Shown: piece by piece, positions 1 through 9,452 of the stretch
Layout: each line of letters opens with the position of its first letter
How positions within the stretch are numbered: the stretch's first letter is position 1
IMG/VR virus record: IMGVR_UViG_3300029288_000065
Location: 160,001-224,000 of that record
Source: a virus
Lineage: Duplodnaviria; Caudoviricetes
DNA: 64,000 nt
Direction: 5' to 3' (one strand)
Made by a program: the position numbers and the translations under genes
Notes under the pieces: model-generated
Databases searched by the model: none
Seen by the model: the letters and a program-made list of their open reading frames with translations, nothing else
What the model was told of the DNA's origin: nothing

Positions 1-317
1 TGGAGAAGGACATCAATGAAGGATTGCCCAAATGATTTCCCTTCGGGTGGCTTAATTGCTATTTCCCAACTGGAATCCTTATCAAATGGTTTGATGATAT
101 AGACTGCATATTTCTCTTCTTTATTGAAGGACATGAACTTGATTTTGTCTACGTTTTCTCCTGAGAACTTGATGGCATATGCTTCCCAGGTTCCACCGTT
201 TTGGAATGCTTTGTGTTTTCGGAAGAAGTAATTCTGGATGATTTGCTTCATTCTTCTAAAATAACGTGCTTTTATTCGTCTATCAGGAGAGAATTTTATG
301 TTGAGACTCATGGTCAT
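1..317 (-). CDS. hypothetical protein (partial, runs off window)
   Basis: ATG at 317 overlaps the stop of the upstream gene; frame stays open to base 1. Confidence 0.6.
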   Translation of the reverse strand, partial: MTMSLNIKFSPDRRIKARYFRRMKQIIQNYFFRKHKAFQNGGTWEAYAIKFSGENVDKIKFMSFNKEEKYAVYIIKPFDKDSSWEIAIKPPEGKSFGQSFIDVLL

Positions 318-721
318 CAACCCCTTTTGACCTTACTGTACTTTGCCAGGATCCCCTGAACCTCTGTGAGAGAGATTTGGATATTGACGATATGTGTTTG
401 GATTTTGTTTATATCGTCAATATCCATTTGTACCTTGGCTCCCCCCAACTTGAACTCACATTTTGAATCTTTTATATCTCCTTTTCTGGAGATCTGTCCA
501 CGTGCTTCCAGTATCCTAAGGTGTTTTAGAACTTCCCACCTAACGCCAAGATCAATTTGGTCTTCTAATGGTCTGTTACGTCCTTTCGGTGCTTTCTTAA
601 TATAGAGTTGTGAGGCTATTTCTGGTGTAGTACTTTTTCTGGCGCAGGATAATATTTCCCCGATCCCATGCCATGCACCATCTTTTAGAAAATCAAGAAC
701 TACTGCTCTTATTTCTATCAT
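317..721 (-). CDS. winged-helix DNA-binding protein
   Basis: VLDFLKDG...IGEI and VLKHLRILEARGQISRKG match a wHTH pattern. Confidence 0.55.
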   Translation of the reverse strand: MIEIRAVVLDFLKDGAWHGIGEILSCARKSTTPEIASQLYIKKAPKGRNRPLEDQIDLGVRWEVLKHLRILEARGQISRKGDIKDSKCEFKLGGAKVQMDIDDINKIQTHIVNIQISLTEVQGILAKYSKVKRG

Positions 722-722
722 G

Positions 723-1694
723 TTAACTTCCTTTCTTGAGTTCTCTCAGCATGTTGATAATCTCGTTGGTCCCGGCTTTGAGTTTTTTCCGAGTCTTTTG
801 GTCATTTGTTATTGCATCAATTGTCGGAAAAGCGTTCCCATCGTTCCCATTCAAGAGGGAATTCTTTATCCTGGTAAGTGTGTTGAATAGATTGGTTTCT
901 GGTTTGTTTTTCTTACCAGTCTTTACGTTTTGGAGTTTCTTTCTCCATTCATCAATCACACATAATCGTTCCTTTTCCGTTCCTTTATTCTTTACATTTT
1001 TGACCAGTTCCGAGACTTCCGATCCAGTAAGTTTAAATTGCGTAATTAGATGGCCAACCGACTTTAGGACATTATCCAAGTCGGATATTGGGGATAGAGA
1101 CGCCAGGGTGGATGTACACATAATCTTCTTGTCTTTTACCTCTACTCCAAGACAGGAAAGTCTCTCTTGAATGGAATATGCCGAACAGTGTAGTCTGATG
1201 ACATCATAATATTCAGGTCGACCTGGGAAAAATATTGCAGCTAGATCTGTCATACTTCGTTGGATTGCACCTGGAACAGATTTCCACTTAAAATAGAGAC
1301 TTACTGCATGTTGAGTTTTCTCTTCATCGGTATTATTTTCACCATGTCTGGTGTTATCGACTCGGATAAATTCGTCGATTTGTTGCGGTGTGGGATTTAG
1401 AGCAACGTATGCATCAACCACCTGCAATCCTGCTTTTATAGCAGCGTCGATTCTATGGTTTCCGCCCATGATTTCTGCGGCTTCGGTGATGACGATAGCT
1501 GGGAATGTCGTTCCTTCTCTCATCTTTTGGGCCATATCAGCACTTCGGGTGATTTTGATTGGTTCATAGAATCTGGCGTTATTTTTCTTTGATTCTTCGA
1601 CCTTTAGGCCTGAAATTTTGATATTGGGGACGTACTTAAATTTGATGTTAAGCTTGTTCAGGATTTGTTCGGCTTCAAGATCTTTGTGCCACAT
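723..1694 (-). CDS. ParB/Srx-like N-terminal domain protein
   Basis: FPAIVI...IMGGNHRIDAA...DNTRHG; start reassigned to MWHKDL behind an AAGGAG RBS. Confidence 0.7.
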   Translation of the reverse strand: MWHKDLEAEQILNKLNIKFKYVPNIKISGLKVEESKKNNARFYEPIKITRSADMAQKMREGTTFPAIVITEAAEIMGGNHRIDAAIKAGLQVVDAYVALNPTPQQIDEFIRVDNTRHGENNTDEEKTQHAVSLYFKWKSVPGAIQRSMTDLAAIFFPGRPEYYDVIRLHCSAYSIQERLSCLGVEVKDKKIMCTSTLASLSPISDLDNVLKSVGHLITQFKLTGSEVSELVKNVKNKGTEKERLCVIDEWRKKLQNVKTGKKNKPETNLFNTLTRIKNSLLNGNDGNAFPTIDAITNDQKTRKKLKAGTNEIINMLRELKKGS

Positions 1695-1771
1695 GTTCTC
1701 TCTCCTTGTGCCTGTGCGCGGGTTGCGCTGGCGAACAATTAATTTGTATCGAGGGTGGAAGGAGCTGCAAT

Positions 1772-2125
1772 CTAGCGATACCACCACCGTTTTTGTCTTA
1801 GACGTCTTAATAAAACATCACGAGATTCACACGTTGGAAATTTGTTTCTTTTTGTGAATGGGATCCCTGATACTGTGTCAAAATACCATTTTTCCAGTTC
1901 ATTGCAAAAATCATACCATTCTGGCCATTTTTCAATTGGTGTACCAATAATTTTATCCTTTAAATCGCTGAGAGGTGTAATATTCATTTCTAACATCATA
2001 TGATATGAATTTATTATCTCTTTTGCAAATTTTTCTACTTGATTTTTGGGTACAGGTGATTTTGGTAAGAACCTACCAACTATTTTGATCAAAAAATCAC
2101 CAATCTTGATCAAAAAATCACTCAT
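1772..2125 (-). CDS. hypothetical protein
   Basis: RBS AGGAG, tiles with neighbours. Confidence 0.6.
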   Translation of the reverse strand: MSDFLIKIGDFLIKIVGRFLPKSPVPKNQVEKFAKEIINSYHMMLEMNITPLSDLKDKIIGTPIEKWPEWYDFCNELEKWYFDTVSGIPFTKRNKFPTCESRDVLLRRLRQKRWWYR

Positions 2126-2135
2126 CTATTTCTCC

Positions 2136-2729
2136 TTAGATGTCAGTTTCCTTAATGCAAGGATCGTTCAACAACAACATCTTCAACACAAACGCATGAC
2201 CCATCTTCTTCGCAGGATCATTCAACACCTGCGACAACGACTTACCCTTGTGATCATACCCATCATAATCCCTCAAAATCAAATCAGTACCACCAGAATG
2301 CAACTGCCACAACTTCTTAAAAGCAGCAGTTTTAACCACAGCATGAGCATACAAAGGAGCATAAATCCTCTTCCTAGCCTCAATATAACCCAAATTCTTC
2401 CCATCCCAAAAACTATACAAAGGCTTAGCACCCTTACCCATAGGATACCTATGAGCAGTCTTATCAGACCACCCCTTCAAAGCCCATTGCCAATATGCCG
2501 TAGACGGAAGAAAACTCCCATCAACATGACTAGTATAGGTATGCTGCTTATAAACCTTCGCAAACTGCCACCCATTCTCAATATTAAACGCAACATAAGA
2601 AGCATACAAAGGACAAGGACCAAGAAGAAAAGGACTCAATTCCTTCCACTCACCAGAATGACTAGTAGTATCAACAACCTGCCCATTCATCCCCTTGAGC
2701 TTCTGGTAGAAACTAACAATCGTAATCAT
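2136..2729 (-). CDS. DUF6939-like protein (possible NADAR-like fold)
   Basis: LSPF...ENGWQFAKVY...YIEARKRIYAPLY...DYD...GHA motifs recalled for this family. Confidence 0.5.
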   Translation of the reverse strand: MITIVSFYQKLKGMNGQVVDTTSHSGEWKELSPFLLGPCPLYASYVAFNIENGWQFAKVYKQHTYTSHVDGSFLPSTAYWQWALKGWSDKTAHRYPMGKGAKPLYSFWDGKNLGYIEARKRIYAPLYAHAVVKTAAFKKLWQLHSGGTDLILRDYDGYDHKGKSLSQVLNDPAKKMGHAFVLKMLLLNDPCIKETDI

Positions 2730-2731
2730 GA

Positions 2732-3028
2732 TTACAATCCTTTCAAAGCTTTGATTACATCGTCCAGGATCTTCTTATTCTCGGTAATATTTCTCCGAAC
2801 CTCTGCAAAAAGGTTGTGTGCCTGTGGATGACACTTAAATTCATCAATAATTCTACCCTTGTAAGTAAAGATCGTCAACGTTGGACATTCACCTTCCACC
2901 AAATCAAGACGATATTCCAAGACAGTAGCCATATATACTACTGGTTTTTCACTTACCTGGTCCCAATGAAGACCACCAATGGTTGTCTTCAGAATAAGAA
3001 TTTCAAAAAAGGAGTCTATTTTATCCAT
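2732..3028 (-). CDS. hypothetical protein
   Basis: ORF tiling, RBS. Confidence 0.6.
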   Translation of the reverse strand: MDKIDSFFEILILKTTIGGLHWDQVSEKPVVYMATVLEYRLDLVEGECPTLTIFTYKGRIIDEFKCHPQAHNLFAEVRRNITENKKILDDVIKALKGL

Positions 3029-3031
3029 TTC

Positions 3032-3430
3032 CTATTCCTTGAAGAGAGGTTTTCGTCCTTCTCTGATGGCTGCTGCTTCAAACATGTCTACATCATCCAT
3101 AATCGAATCCAACAAAACTGCTTCATCGGCGGACACACTCTTTTTCAGATTTTGGAGTAACAACACCTTGTCATATTGTCGGTGCATAGTGTTTTTAATT
3201 TTCTTTGCACGTTCCTCTTCCGAACGCTTACGCTCATCCTTGTAAGTACTATCGTCAAGAACAATCTTTCCACCGCAGTGAGAACAATACTCACCAACCG
3301 CAATGGGTAGAGGGGCAAATGACATTCCAACCTCTTCTGGGGCATCGTACCGGATCTTTTTGCCACATGCCGTCTCCCAATCGTCCCCGTAAGGATCAGA
3401 ACTCTTTTTAGTGTAGACGCATTTCTTCAT
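3032..3430 (-). CDS. Zn-ribbon protein
   Basis: C...WETACG...YCSHCGGKI. Confidence 0.6.
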   Translation of the reverse strand: MKKCVYTKKSSDPYGDDWETACGKKIRYDAPEEVGMSFAPLPIAVGEYCSHCGGKIVLDDSTYKDERKRSEEERAKKIKNTMHRQYDKVLLLQNLKKSVSADEAVLLDSIMDDVDMFEAAAIREGRKPLFKE

Positions 3431-4557
3431 TATGAATTCCTATCCTTTGGCTCAAGCCACTCAATTCCCAGAACATCCAAAATCTCACGCTCCGTAGACT
3501 GAGCAATCACCCTCCCATCACGCAAATCCTCCAACCCATACCTCGTCAACTTCATACCAAGATGCTTCGCCCTCGCCCTACACCTAATGTTGAACTCAGC
3601 ACTCCCAGTAAAAAACAACAAACCAGAACCATAACACTTCTTCGGAACAATCCTCAAATCAATCTGAACACCATCCCTGGCAACAGCCAAAGCCCTCTCA
3701 CTAAGATTCAAATCTGCACCAAGATTCTTACAGAACTTAGCATACTCTCCATCCCCATCATCCCCAGCAATAAGAATATCAATATCCTTGGGATTCTTAC
3801 CCCTTCTTAGGGAGCCGGCAACCTGAACAATAGCATCAGGGAACTTGGCAGAAATAGCACTTACTATCTTATTCGCAATCTCCATAGCATCTTCATGAGG
3901 ATATCTCTTTTTCAACTTGGTTTCCGCCAACTCTTCCAAAAGTTTTGTAGTACCAGTTGTCCTAAGATCATTGATAGTCCTACAAAGAGCAGCTCCCAGA
4001 CCTGGCAATTGCTTTAATTGCTCTTCCGTCAGTTGTTCAAAATTCCTTGCTCTTTGTATAATTCCTGCAGCAGATTTGTAGGATCTAACTCTAAATTCAT
4101 TATCCTCTCCTGAGGATTGCAATCGTTCTGCAATTTCTTGCAGCTTCCCTACAATCTCTGTCTTGGTTAGGATACTTGGGATAGTTTCTGTTCCTGTGAT
4201 TTCGATCTGGCTACTGAGGTACCATTTGGTTCCATCATCACGAACGAGACACCAGGACCCTTTGAGTTTTCCTTCATTGATGTGGAATCGTACCAGGTCT
4301 GGTGTCCGTTCGTCCAGGGTCAATTGGCCTTTTTCCCAGATTTCTACTGTTCCGGCACCGTAACCAGAGGGAATTGTTCCTTCCCAGTCCATATAGGATA
4401 TTTCGTGGTCTTGGACTTGGATTGCGATGCGGATTTTGTCCTTGGAGAATCCTTTTGGGACTGCCCAGGATGGTGCTACTCCGTTTTCTTCAAACCTGAA
4501 GTCGAAATGAAGTCCCGCTCTCAGCGCCTGATGTTTCTGGACTACGAATTTTACCAT
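3430..4557 (-). CDS. polX: LigD-type 3'-phosphoesterase domain fused to family X DNA polymerase
   Basis: N-term FVVQKH.A..LHFDFR.E..GV..SWAVPKG...IAIQVQDH...YGAGTVEIWEKG; PolX AGSLRRG...DIDIL, QIDL, FTGSAEFN, EPKDR; start reassigned to MVKFVV behind a GGAGG RBS. Confidence 0.88.
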   Translation of the reverse strand: MVKFVVQKHQALRAGLHFDFRFEENGVAPSWAVPKGFSKDKIRIAIQVQDHEISYMDWEGTIPSGYGAGTVEIWEKGQLTLDERTPDLVRFHINEGKLKGSWCLVRDDGTKWYLSSQIEITGTETIPSILTKTEIVGKLQEIAERLQSSGEDNEFRVRSYKSAAGIIQRARNFEQLTEEQLKQLPGLGAALCRTINDLRTTGTTKLLEELAETKLKKRYPHEDAMEIANKIVSAISAKFPDAIVQVAGSLRRGKNPKDIDILIAGDDGDGEYAKFCKNLGADLNLSERALAVARDGVQIDLRIVPKKCYGSGLLFFTGSAEFNIRCRARAKHLGMKLTRYGLEDLRDGRVIAQSTEREILDVLGIEWLEPKDRNS

Positions 4558-4990
4558 TGTTGTAGTCCTCCCAGATCGGTTCCAATTCCTCACGAACAGA
4601 GTCCCTAAATTCGACATATTTCTTACCTGATAGTTCTTTGATGCGTGGGAGGAAGATTTCGTTGTAGAACTGTTCACCCATTCGACGGACGATATCCTTA
4701 TCATACATTTCGTCCGTTTGTTCCACTCCACTTAGATTCTTCCAGTAGGATTCAGATTGTTCTGGTACACCATCAAATAGTGGTGTATCTCCTGACTTAC
4801 AAGCACAGTGTTTGGCGGCATTTACTTTCTTGTTGTCGAGAGCGCCACCACCGACTTTGACCCTCTTCCCACCAGCTACGTGTTTGGCTAGCCAGATTGC
4901 TTCTCCTTTGGATTTGTCGTCTGGCATTCCTTTCTTGAGGTTGTTGACGTAGTTGTAGACTGCGAATACGTCAAATCGTCGTAGCATCAT
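4490..4990 (-). CDS. hypothetical protein
   Basis: RBS AAGGAG before MMLRRFDVF. Confidence 0.6.
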   Translation of the reverse strand: MMLRRFDVFAVYNYVNNLKKGMPDDKSKGEAIWLAKHVAGGKRVKVGGGALDNKKVNAAKHCACKSGDTPLFDGVPEQSESYWKNLSGVEQTDEMYDKDIVRRMGEQFYNEIFLPRIKELSGKKYVEFRDSVREELEPIWEDYNNGKIRSPETSGAESGTSFRLQV

Positions 4991-5286
4991 GGTTTTTCTC
5001 CTTTGTAGGCGCGGAGTAGGTTTTGGCATTTTACCTGGAATAGGTCATCGACGTCTGATAGAAACTGACTATGATCTCTCTGGAGTTGGTCTAATTTCCT
5101 TTGGAGTTGTTTCCCTTGTCTTAGACCAAGTGTACAGATTATATCTTTAGGCTGGAGTAATTCAAATAAATTTGGACGGTAATATCTGTCTTTTATACAA
5201 TAACTGGTATTGTATTTGGTTGCCTCTTTTACTTGGACGAATGGGTATTGTGGATGAGAGATCACAATTGTTATTTTCTTTCTCAT
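4987..5286 (-). CDS. hypothetical protein
   Basis: RBS, ATGA overlap. Confidence 0.6.
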   Translation of the reverse strand: MRKKITIVISHPQYPFVQVKEATKYNTSYCIKDRYYRPNLFELLQPKDIICTLGLRQGKQLQRKLDQLQRDHSQFLSDVDDLFQVKCQNLLRAYKGEKP

Positions 5287-5301
5287 GATCTTTCTCCTCT
5301 C

Positions 5302-6015
5302 CTATTCGTAGTATCCAATGGCATTCTTGTACAGAACGCCGAGATTGTCTTCCAGTCCACATTTATTGCACTTCATATTACACACATTATTTGTTAGTTC
5401 TTCCAGAGTTGAGTCAACTGATCCAATCTTGTAACAGAATGGAGTTTCACCAGCTACTATACTCCCATCAATGTTTATTGAAGGAGTACACATCTTCATG
5501 CGTTGTCTTATGATATTGATGCCTTCTGTGATACTTCCGCATGTTCTTGTTGTACTTCTGAGGTTGAAACACATTGGGGCAGTTCTGTCACTTGGGATTT
5601 CATTTTCAATAGCTCTTCCAAGGGCTGTAATTGTTCGGATATGGTCTTCATAGGTGAATAATGGGTGTTCGAATTTTTCTACTTTTGTTTTATAGTAACG
5701 TGGGTCATTGGTTACCTGGACGCAAATTCCCAGTCCGATTATTGCGTCTCTGAGTTTTACATTCCCGATAAATGTGCCATTACTTAGTAATATTACCATT
5801 TTGAAGTTTTCTTTTGATAATTTTAGGAATTCGAGGATTTGTGGATGTTCTGTCGGTTCTCCGCCTGAGATTAGTATAATTGGGAGAGTATTTCTAGATA
5901 CGAAGGAAACTACTTTCTTGAATGTCTCCATTGTCATGTGTTCACCGTCTGGTTTGGCGTCAACCATACAGTGAGAGCATCCCATGTGGCATCTCTGTGT
6001 GATTCTGACTAGCAT
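5302..6015 (-). CDS. radical SAM protein with Cys-rich C-terminus
   Basis: CHMGCSHC (CxxxCxxC), SGGEPTEHP, LSNG. Confidence 0.85.
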   Translation of the reverse strand: MLVRITQRCHMGCSHCMVDAKPDGEHMTMETFKKVVSFVSRNTLPIILISGGEPTEHPQILEFLKLSKENFKMVILLSNGTFIGNVKLRDAIIGLGICVQVTNDPRYYKTKVEKFEHPLFTYEDHIRTITALGRAIENEIPSDRTAPMCFNLRSTTRTCGSITEGINIIRQRMKMCTPSINIDGSIVAGETPFCYKIGSVDSTLEELTNNVCNMKCNKCGLEDNLGVLYKNAIGYYE

Positions 6016-6016
6016 G

Positions 6017-6232
6017 TCAGATCTCCGTTAGGCTTAGGACTTTAGCACCTGCCAGAGCGATATCCTTACATTCTTCTTCACTTAGTCCTGTCAGATGTTG
6101 TATATCTCTTGGGTGAGTGTTTTCGTTGGCCAGTGCTGCGAAAGCATTTAACACTGTTTTCAGTGTCATTCCATGGCCTTCGAACACTGGCTTGTTTAGG
6201 ATTGCTCTTACGTGTGGGGTTAGTTTGGTCAT
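6017..6232 (-). CDS. hypothetical protein
   Basis: ORF tiling. Confidence 0.55.
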   Translation of the reverse strand: MTKLTPHVRAILNKPVFEGHGMTLKTVLNAFAALANENTHPRDIQHLTGLSEEECKDIALAGAKVLSLTEI

Positions 6233-6233
6233 G

Positions 6234-6521
6234 TCATTTCCCTTTCAATGCCACTGGTTCATCAAAGAAACCGGTGAATGCTTTTTTGTTGCGCCATAGC
6301 ATGACCTGTTCATGACTCCCATAAACGGCGTGGTGGACGGTATGCTTTCCTTTAACTTGGCAGTATGTTTTGGATTGGTGTCCTGGTCCGTGGTGGAGGA
6401 CTGCCAGACAGAGGCCTTCTTTTTTGCGCCTGGCTTCTGTTTTACAGATTGGGCATTTTGGTCCAAAGAATATGCTGTGTTTCTTGCAACTAGAGAGATG
6501 TCGTAGGTGTTGATTCCTCAT
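6234..6521 (-). CDS. Cys/His-rich hypothetical protein
   Basis: GGAG RBS before MRNQHL; CKKH, CPIC, HGPGHQS. Confidence 0.55.
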   Translation of the reverse strand: MRNQHLRHLSSCKKHSIFFGPKCPICKTEARRKKEGLCLAVLHHGPGHQSKTYCQVKGKHTVHHAVYGSHEQVMLWRNKKAFTGFFDEPVALKGK

Positions 6522-6534
6522 GGTTTGTCTCCAG

Positions 6535-6822
6535 CTAGAAATATTTCTCAGCCTCTGCTCGTCGTACTGCACAAGAGATACCCCTTGAGGTAGCCTTGAA
6601 CTGAGAGAATGACCATCCTTCTTTACTTGGACAACATCGGGCGCTGACGGATATCTTACCATCGGAAACGGAAATAGTGACGCTTCCACGGTCAGTAGAA
6701 TACCCAATGCTTCGGATCAAACCATTCACTATATAGGGACTCCATCCAGAGGAGGTGTTGAGCTTTCTTAGAACCTGTCTTAGAAGATTGTCTTCCTGTC
6801 CTAGCTTTTTTAGGTTCCTCAT
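6535..6822 (-). CDS. hypothetical protein
   Basis: ATGA overlap with upstream gene. Confidence 0.55.
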   Translation of the reverse strand: MRNLKKLGQEDNLLRQVLRKLNTSSGWSPYIVNGLIRSIGYSTDRGSVTISVSDGKISVSARCCPSKEGWSFSQFKATSRGISCAVRRAEAEKYF

Positions 6823-7688
6823 GCCAATTCCTTTCTTGGGTCAACTGGTAGTCCTGTGTTCATATCTTCAGTTACTTTATTCTCGTGATCGCTCCAGATG
6901 GCATTGATTGTCTGGTTTCCGACTTTCTTCCAGGCGTCCATCCAGATTTTTCTTTGTTCTGCTTTCCATTTGGCATATTTCTCTTTGTCGGTTATAATTG
7001 GGGAGATTTGATTCCAACAGTCGATTCCTGCTTTGGACATGTTGATTACTGATTGTTTATAGGGCATCATTGGGTCTACGAAGAATTGGTGGATATTGGA
7101 TTGTACTGCTTCTAATAGGATTGTTTCTGCTAGTCCATCTGAGATTATTGGTACGATTGGGGCGATGTTTAGGTATACTCTTATTCCTGCTTGGGTGAAT
7201 TTTCTGACGACGTCAAACCTGGCAATATTACCTTGGGCATGCTCTAGGAGAGAGCGATATTTTTCGTGGATTGGTGTGATTGTCATGTGGAGGTTGGCGT
7301 TTGTCCCTTTCTTGAATAGGTCAAGATCTTCTAGGACTAGTGGCGATTTTGTGTATACTCCGGTTTTGGTTGATCCTGAGCCGATTAGTTTTGTTAGGAT
7401 GTGTCTGGTTAGGCGATATGTGGTTTCTGCTGGTTGGTAGGGGTCTGTGAAGGTTCCGATGCAGATTCGTTTTCCTTTGATATTTTTGAGTTCTTTGTCG
7501 AGTTTGGTTTTGATGTGTTCTCTGACTCGGACGAATTGTCCCCAGGCTTCGGGGTCTTTGATGAAGAATTGGACGTAGCAGTAGGCACATCCGTGTTCGC
7601 ATCCGACATATGGGTTACAGCACACGTCGTACCACCGAAAATTTGTGGGGGTAATAACTTTTGTCTTCCGAGCTTCTGTTATTTTCAT
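6819..7688 (-). CDS. radical SAM protein, SplB/Rv2578c-like
   Basis: NPYVGCEHGCAYCY, GTFTDPYQPAE, TKSPLV; start MKITEA behind an AAGGAGG RBS. Confidence 0.85.
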   Translation of the reverse strand: MKITEARKTKVITPTNFRWYDVCCNPYVGCEHGCAYCYVQFFIKDPEAWGQFVRVREHIKTKLDKELKNIKGKRICIGTFTDPYQPAETTYRLTRHILTKLIGSGSTKTGVYTKSPLVLEDLDLFKKGTNANLHMTITPIHEKYRSLLEHAQGNIARFDVVRKFTQAGIRVYLNIAPIVPIISDGLAETILLEAVQSNIHQFFVDPMMPYKQSVINMSKAGIDCWNQISPIITDKEKYAKWKAEQRKIWMDAWKKVGNQTINAIWSDHENKVTEDMNTGLPVDPRKELA

Positions 7689-7736
7689 GCTGCCTCCTTG
7701 TTGGAGTAGTATCATTTTTTGTGAGAAGAGTGAAGA

Positions 7737-7884
7737 GGGGTGGCCAATGGGTGCCTCTCTACCAGTCAGCAATAGCTAAGGTAGCAGACATCCCCCAATC
7801 CTGTGGATCAGAGTGGTCCACAACATTTCCAGGGTCGCTGGATATGCTATACGCGAGACTGGAAGGAAGTCCACTGGTCACCCC
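7737..7884. ncRNA. putative structured RNA element A (long stem, multi-branched cap)
   Basis: intergenic; GGGGTGGCCAATGG pairs with CCACTGGTCACCCC, CCAGTC with GACTGG; inner hairpins; shares an internal loop with 12236-12379. Confidence 0.55.
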
Positions 7885-7893
7885 CGTCCAACA

Positions 7894-8226
7894 CTAAAAT
7901 CCATCTCCAATCAATTCTCTCATATTATGAAATAATAATCTTATTTGTAAATATCTTTCAGTAGTTACTATATGACATATGTTATAAACAACATAATCAA
8001 TATTAAATTCGGCAGGATTTGCAAGATCCCAAGTCATGGTCCTGCATTTTCGTTGGAGAGTAAGAGTCAGATACTGACCAATGATTTCTATTCTACAATA
8101 TTGCATACCTTTTTTATCAGAAATTTGTAGACTTTGTGTATAGTTGGTTATCCACATTTCATCGTCTAATGTTGTCAGACGGTTCATTATTTCTTGTAAA
8201 ATTTTGTCCGTCTCAGATATTTCCAT
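7894..8226 (-). CDS. DP-motif family protein
   Basis: TWDLANPAEF. Confidence 0.65.
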   Translation of the reverse strand: MEISETDKILQEIMNRLTTLDDEMWITNYTQSLQISDKKGMQYCRIEIIGQYLTLTLQRKCRTMTWDLANPAEFNIDYVVYNICHIVTTERYLQIRLLFHNMRELIGDGF

Positions 8227-8488
8227 CTCTTATCCCCAGTTCTTCTTTTATTGCTTTTTGTTGGTTTTTTCTACCAAGGTGGTAGGCGGCTGATAATAGT
8301 GGAGCAAGAGAACATGGAATTAGGTATGTCTGTAAGTTGACATATCCGCCTTTATCTGGTTCTCTGACGGTGATTTCCCACTCATGACCAAGCGGTTTTA
8401 GAGCAAGTTCTCGTGGTACCCAAAATTCGTGAGCGTTACGTAGACCTCTAACTTCCTTTTTGAGTCGTTTCATGGTTATTGTTTTCAT
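8213..8488 (-). CDS. hypothetical protein
   Basis: RBS GGAGG. Confidence 0.6.
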   Translation of the reverse strand: MKTITMKRLKKEVRGLRNAHEFWVPRELALKPLGHEWEITVREPDKGGYVNLQTYLIPCSLAPLLSAAYHLGRKNQQKAIKEELGIRDGNI

Positions 8489-8867
8489 TTTGTCCTCCGA
8501 TGTGAATGTATTTCTTATGGAGTAACCCTGGTGGTGGGGGTATTATCTCACCAGGACACAATTTTATTATCCCTATTCTTTCCCATATTTCTAGCAATGT
8601 CCATCCTAATTCATAAGCGTCATCTGATGCATTGTAGAGATTGGAACTTGGGTAATGAACCATTTTTATCCAGAATATTACATCAAATTCACTGACTATA
8701 AGTTGTCCATTACCTGGGGATATATAATTTTTGGAATAATTATAGAATTGAAACCATATTTCTTGTACGTCACACTTTGGATCGTTTATGTCGAGATTTA
8801 GGTTTGGTGGCTGGTATCTTTCTTGTTCCAAACCGAGTCTCCAGTTTTCTGACATTGGCAGCCTCAA
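8448..8867 (-). CDS. DP-motif / winged-helix-like protein (start uncertain)
   Basis: LNLDINDPKCDVQEIW...LLEIWERIGII. Confidence 0.6.
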   Translation of the reverse strand: MRLPMSENWRLGLEQERYQPPNLNLDINDPKCDVQEIWFQFYNYSKNYISPGNGQLIVSEFDVIFWIKMVHYPSSNLYNASDDAYELGWTLLEIWERIGIIKLCPGEIIPPPPGLLHKKYIHIGGQNENNNHETTQKGS

Positions 8868-9264
8868 ACTCTGGTATATTATCTAGATAAGCGTTTCGAT
8901 CAATAAATGGCAAACATCCACCCATAGTCTCTACGGTATCTGGTTCTGCTACGCATAGTTCTTTGAAGATCTTTTCCCATAGGAATCCTATACCAGTCCA
9001 CCATCGTCTTGTCTTATGTCCTTCTTGTGGGAGTCGTTTTCGTTCTGATTTGAGGAATCTCGCTTGGTTTAGGTGTTCTTCTGTGTTGATGGTCCAGTTT
9101 ACCAGTGCTTCCATGGCGTAATCTGCTTTTTCGTCTGTTGTCAGATGTTCTTTTCGTTCTTTTACTTGGAATGCTTTGTGTGACCAGAATTTCTTGCATT
9201 TCTTACAGTAGGTGTTGTGTCTGAAGGTGATTAGGGTTTTGCATTCTGGGCATGGGATTTCCAT
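8770..9264 (-). CDS. Zn-ribbon protein
   Basis: CPEC...CKKC at N-terminus. Confidence 0.6.
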   Translation of the reverse strand: MEIPCPECKTLITFRHNTYCKKCKKFWSHKAFQVKERKEHLTTDEKADYAMEALVNWTINTEEHLNQARFLKSERKRLPQEGHKTRRWWTGIGFLWEKIFKELCVAEPDTVETMGGCLPFIDRNAYLDNIPEFEAANVRKLETRFGTRKIPATKPKSRHKRSKV

Positions 9265-9401
9265 GATTTTCTCCCGTGTTTTTCACCAGCTAGAAATCCT
9301 GCTTTAAATGCTCTCTTTGATAAATCTGGATAATATCCAGAAAGTTTGGATCGTTCGAAAGATTTTCTCCATGGTGCTTTCTTCATTTCTTCTCCTACAA
9401 A

Positions 9402-9432
9402 AATGGGGCTGGTATTACCTACCAGCCCCATT
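9402..9432 (-). terminator. intrinsic terminator
   Basis: 13-bp stem AATGGGGCTGGTA/TACCAGCCCCATT running into a T tract on the minus strand, just after the stop at 9453. Confidence 0.75.
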
Positions 9433-9452
9433 GGTCCTTGAAGAAGGGTTGC

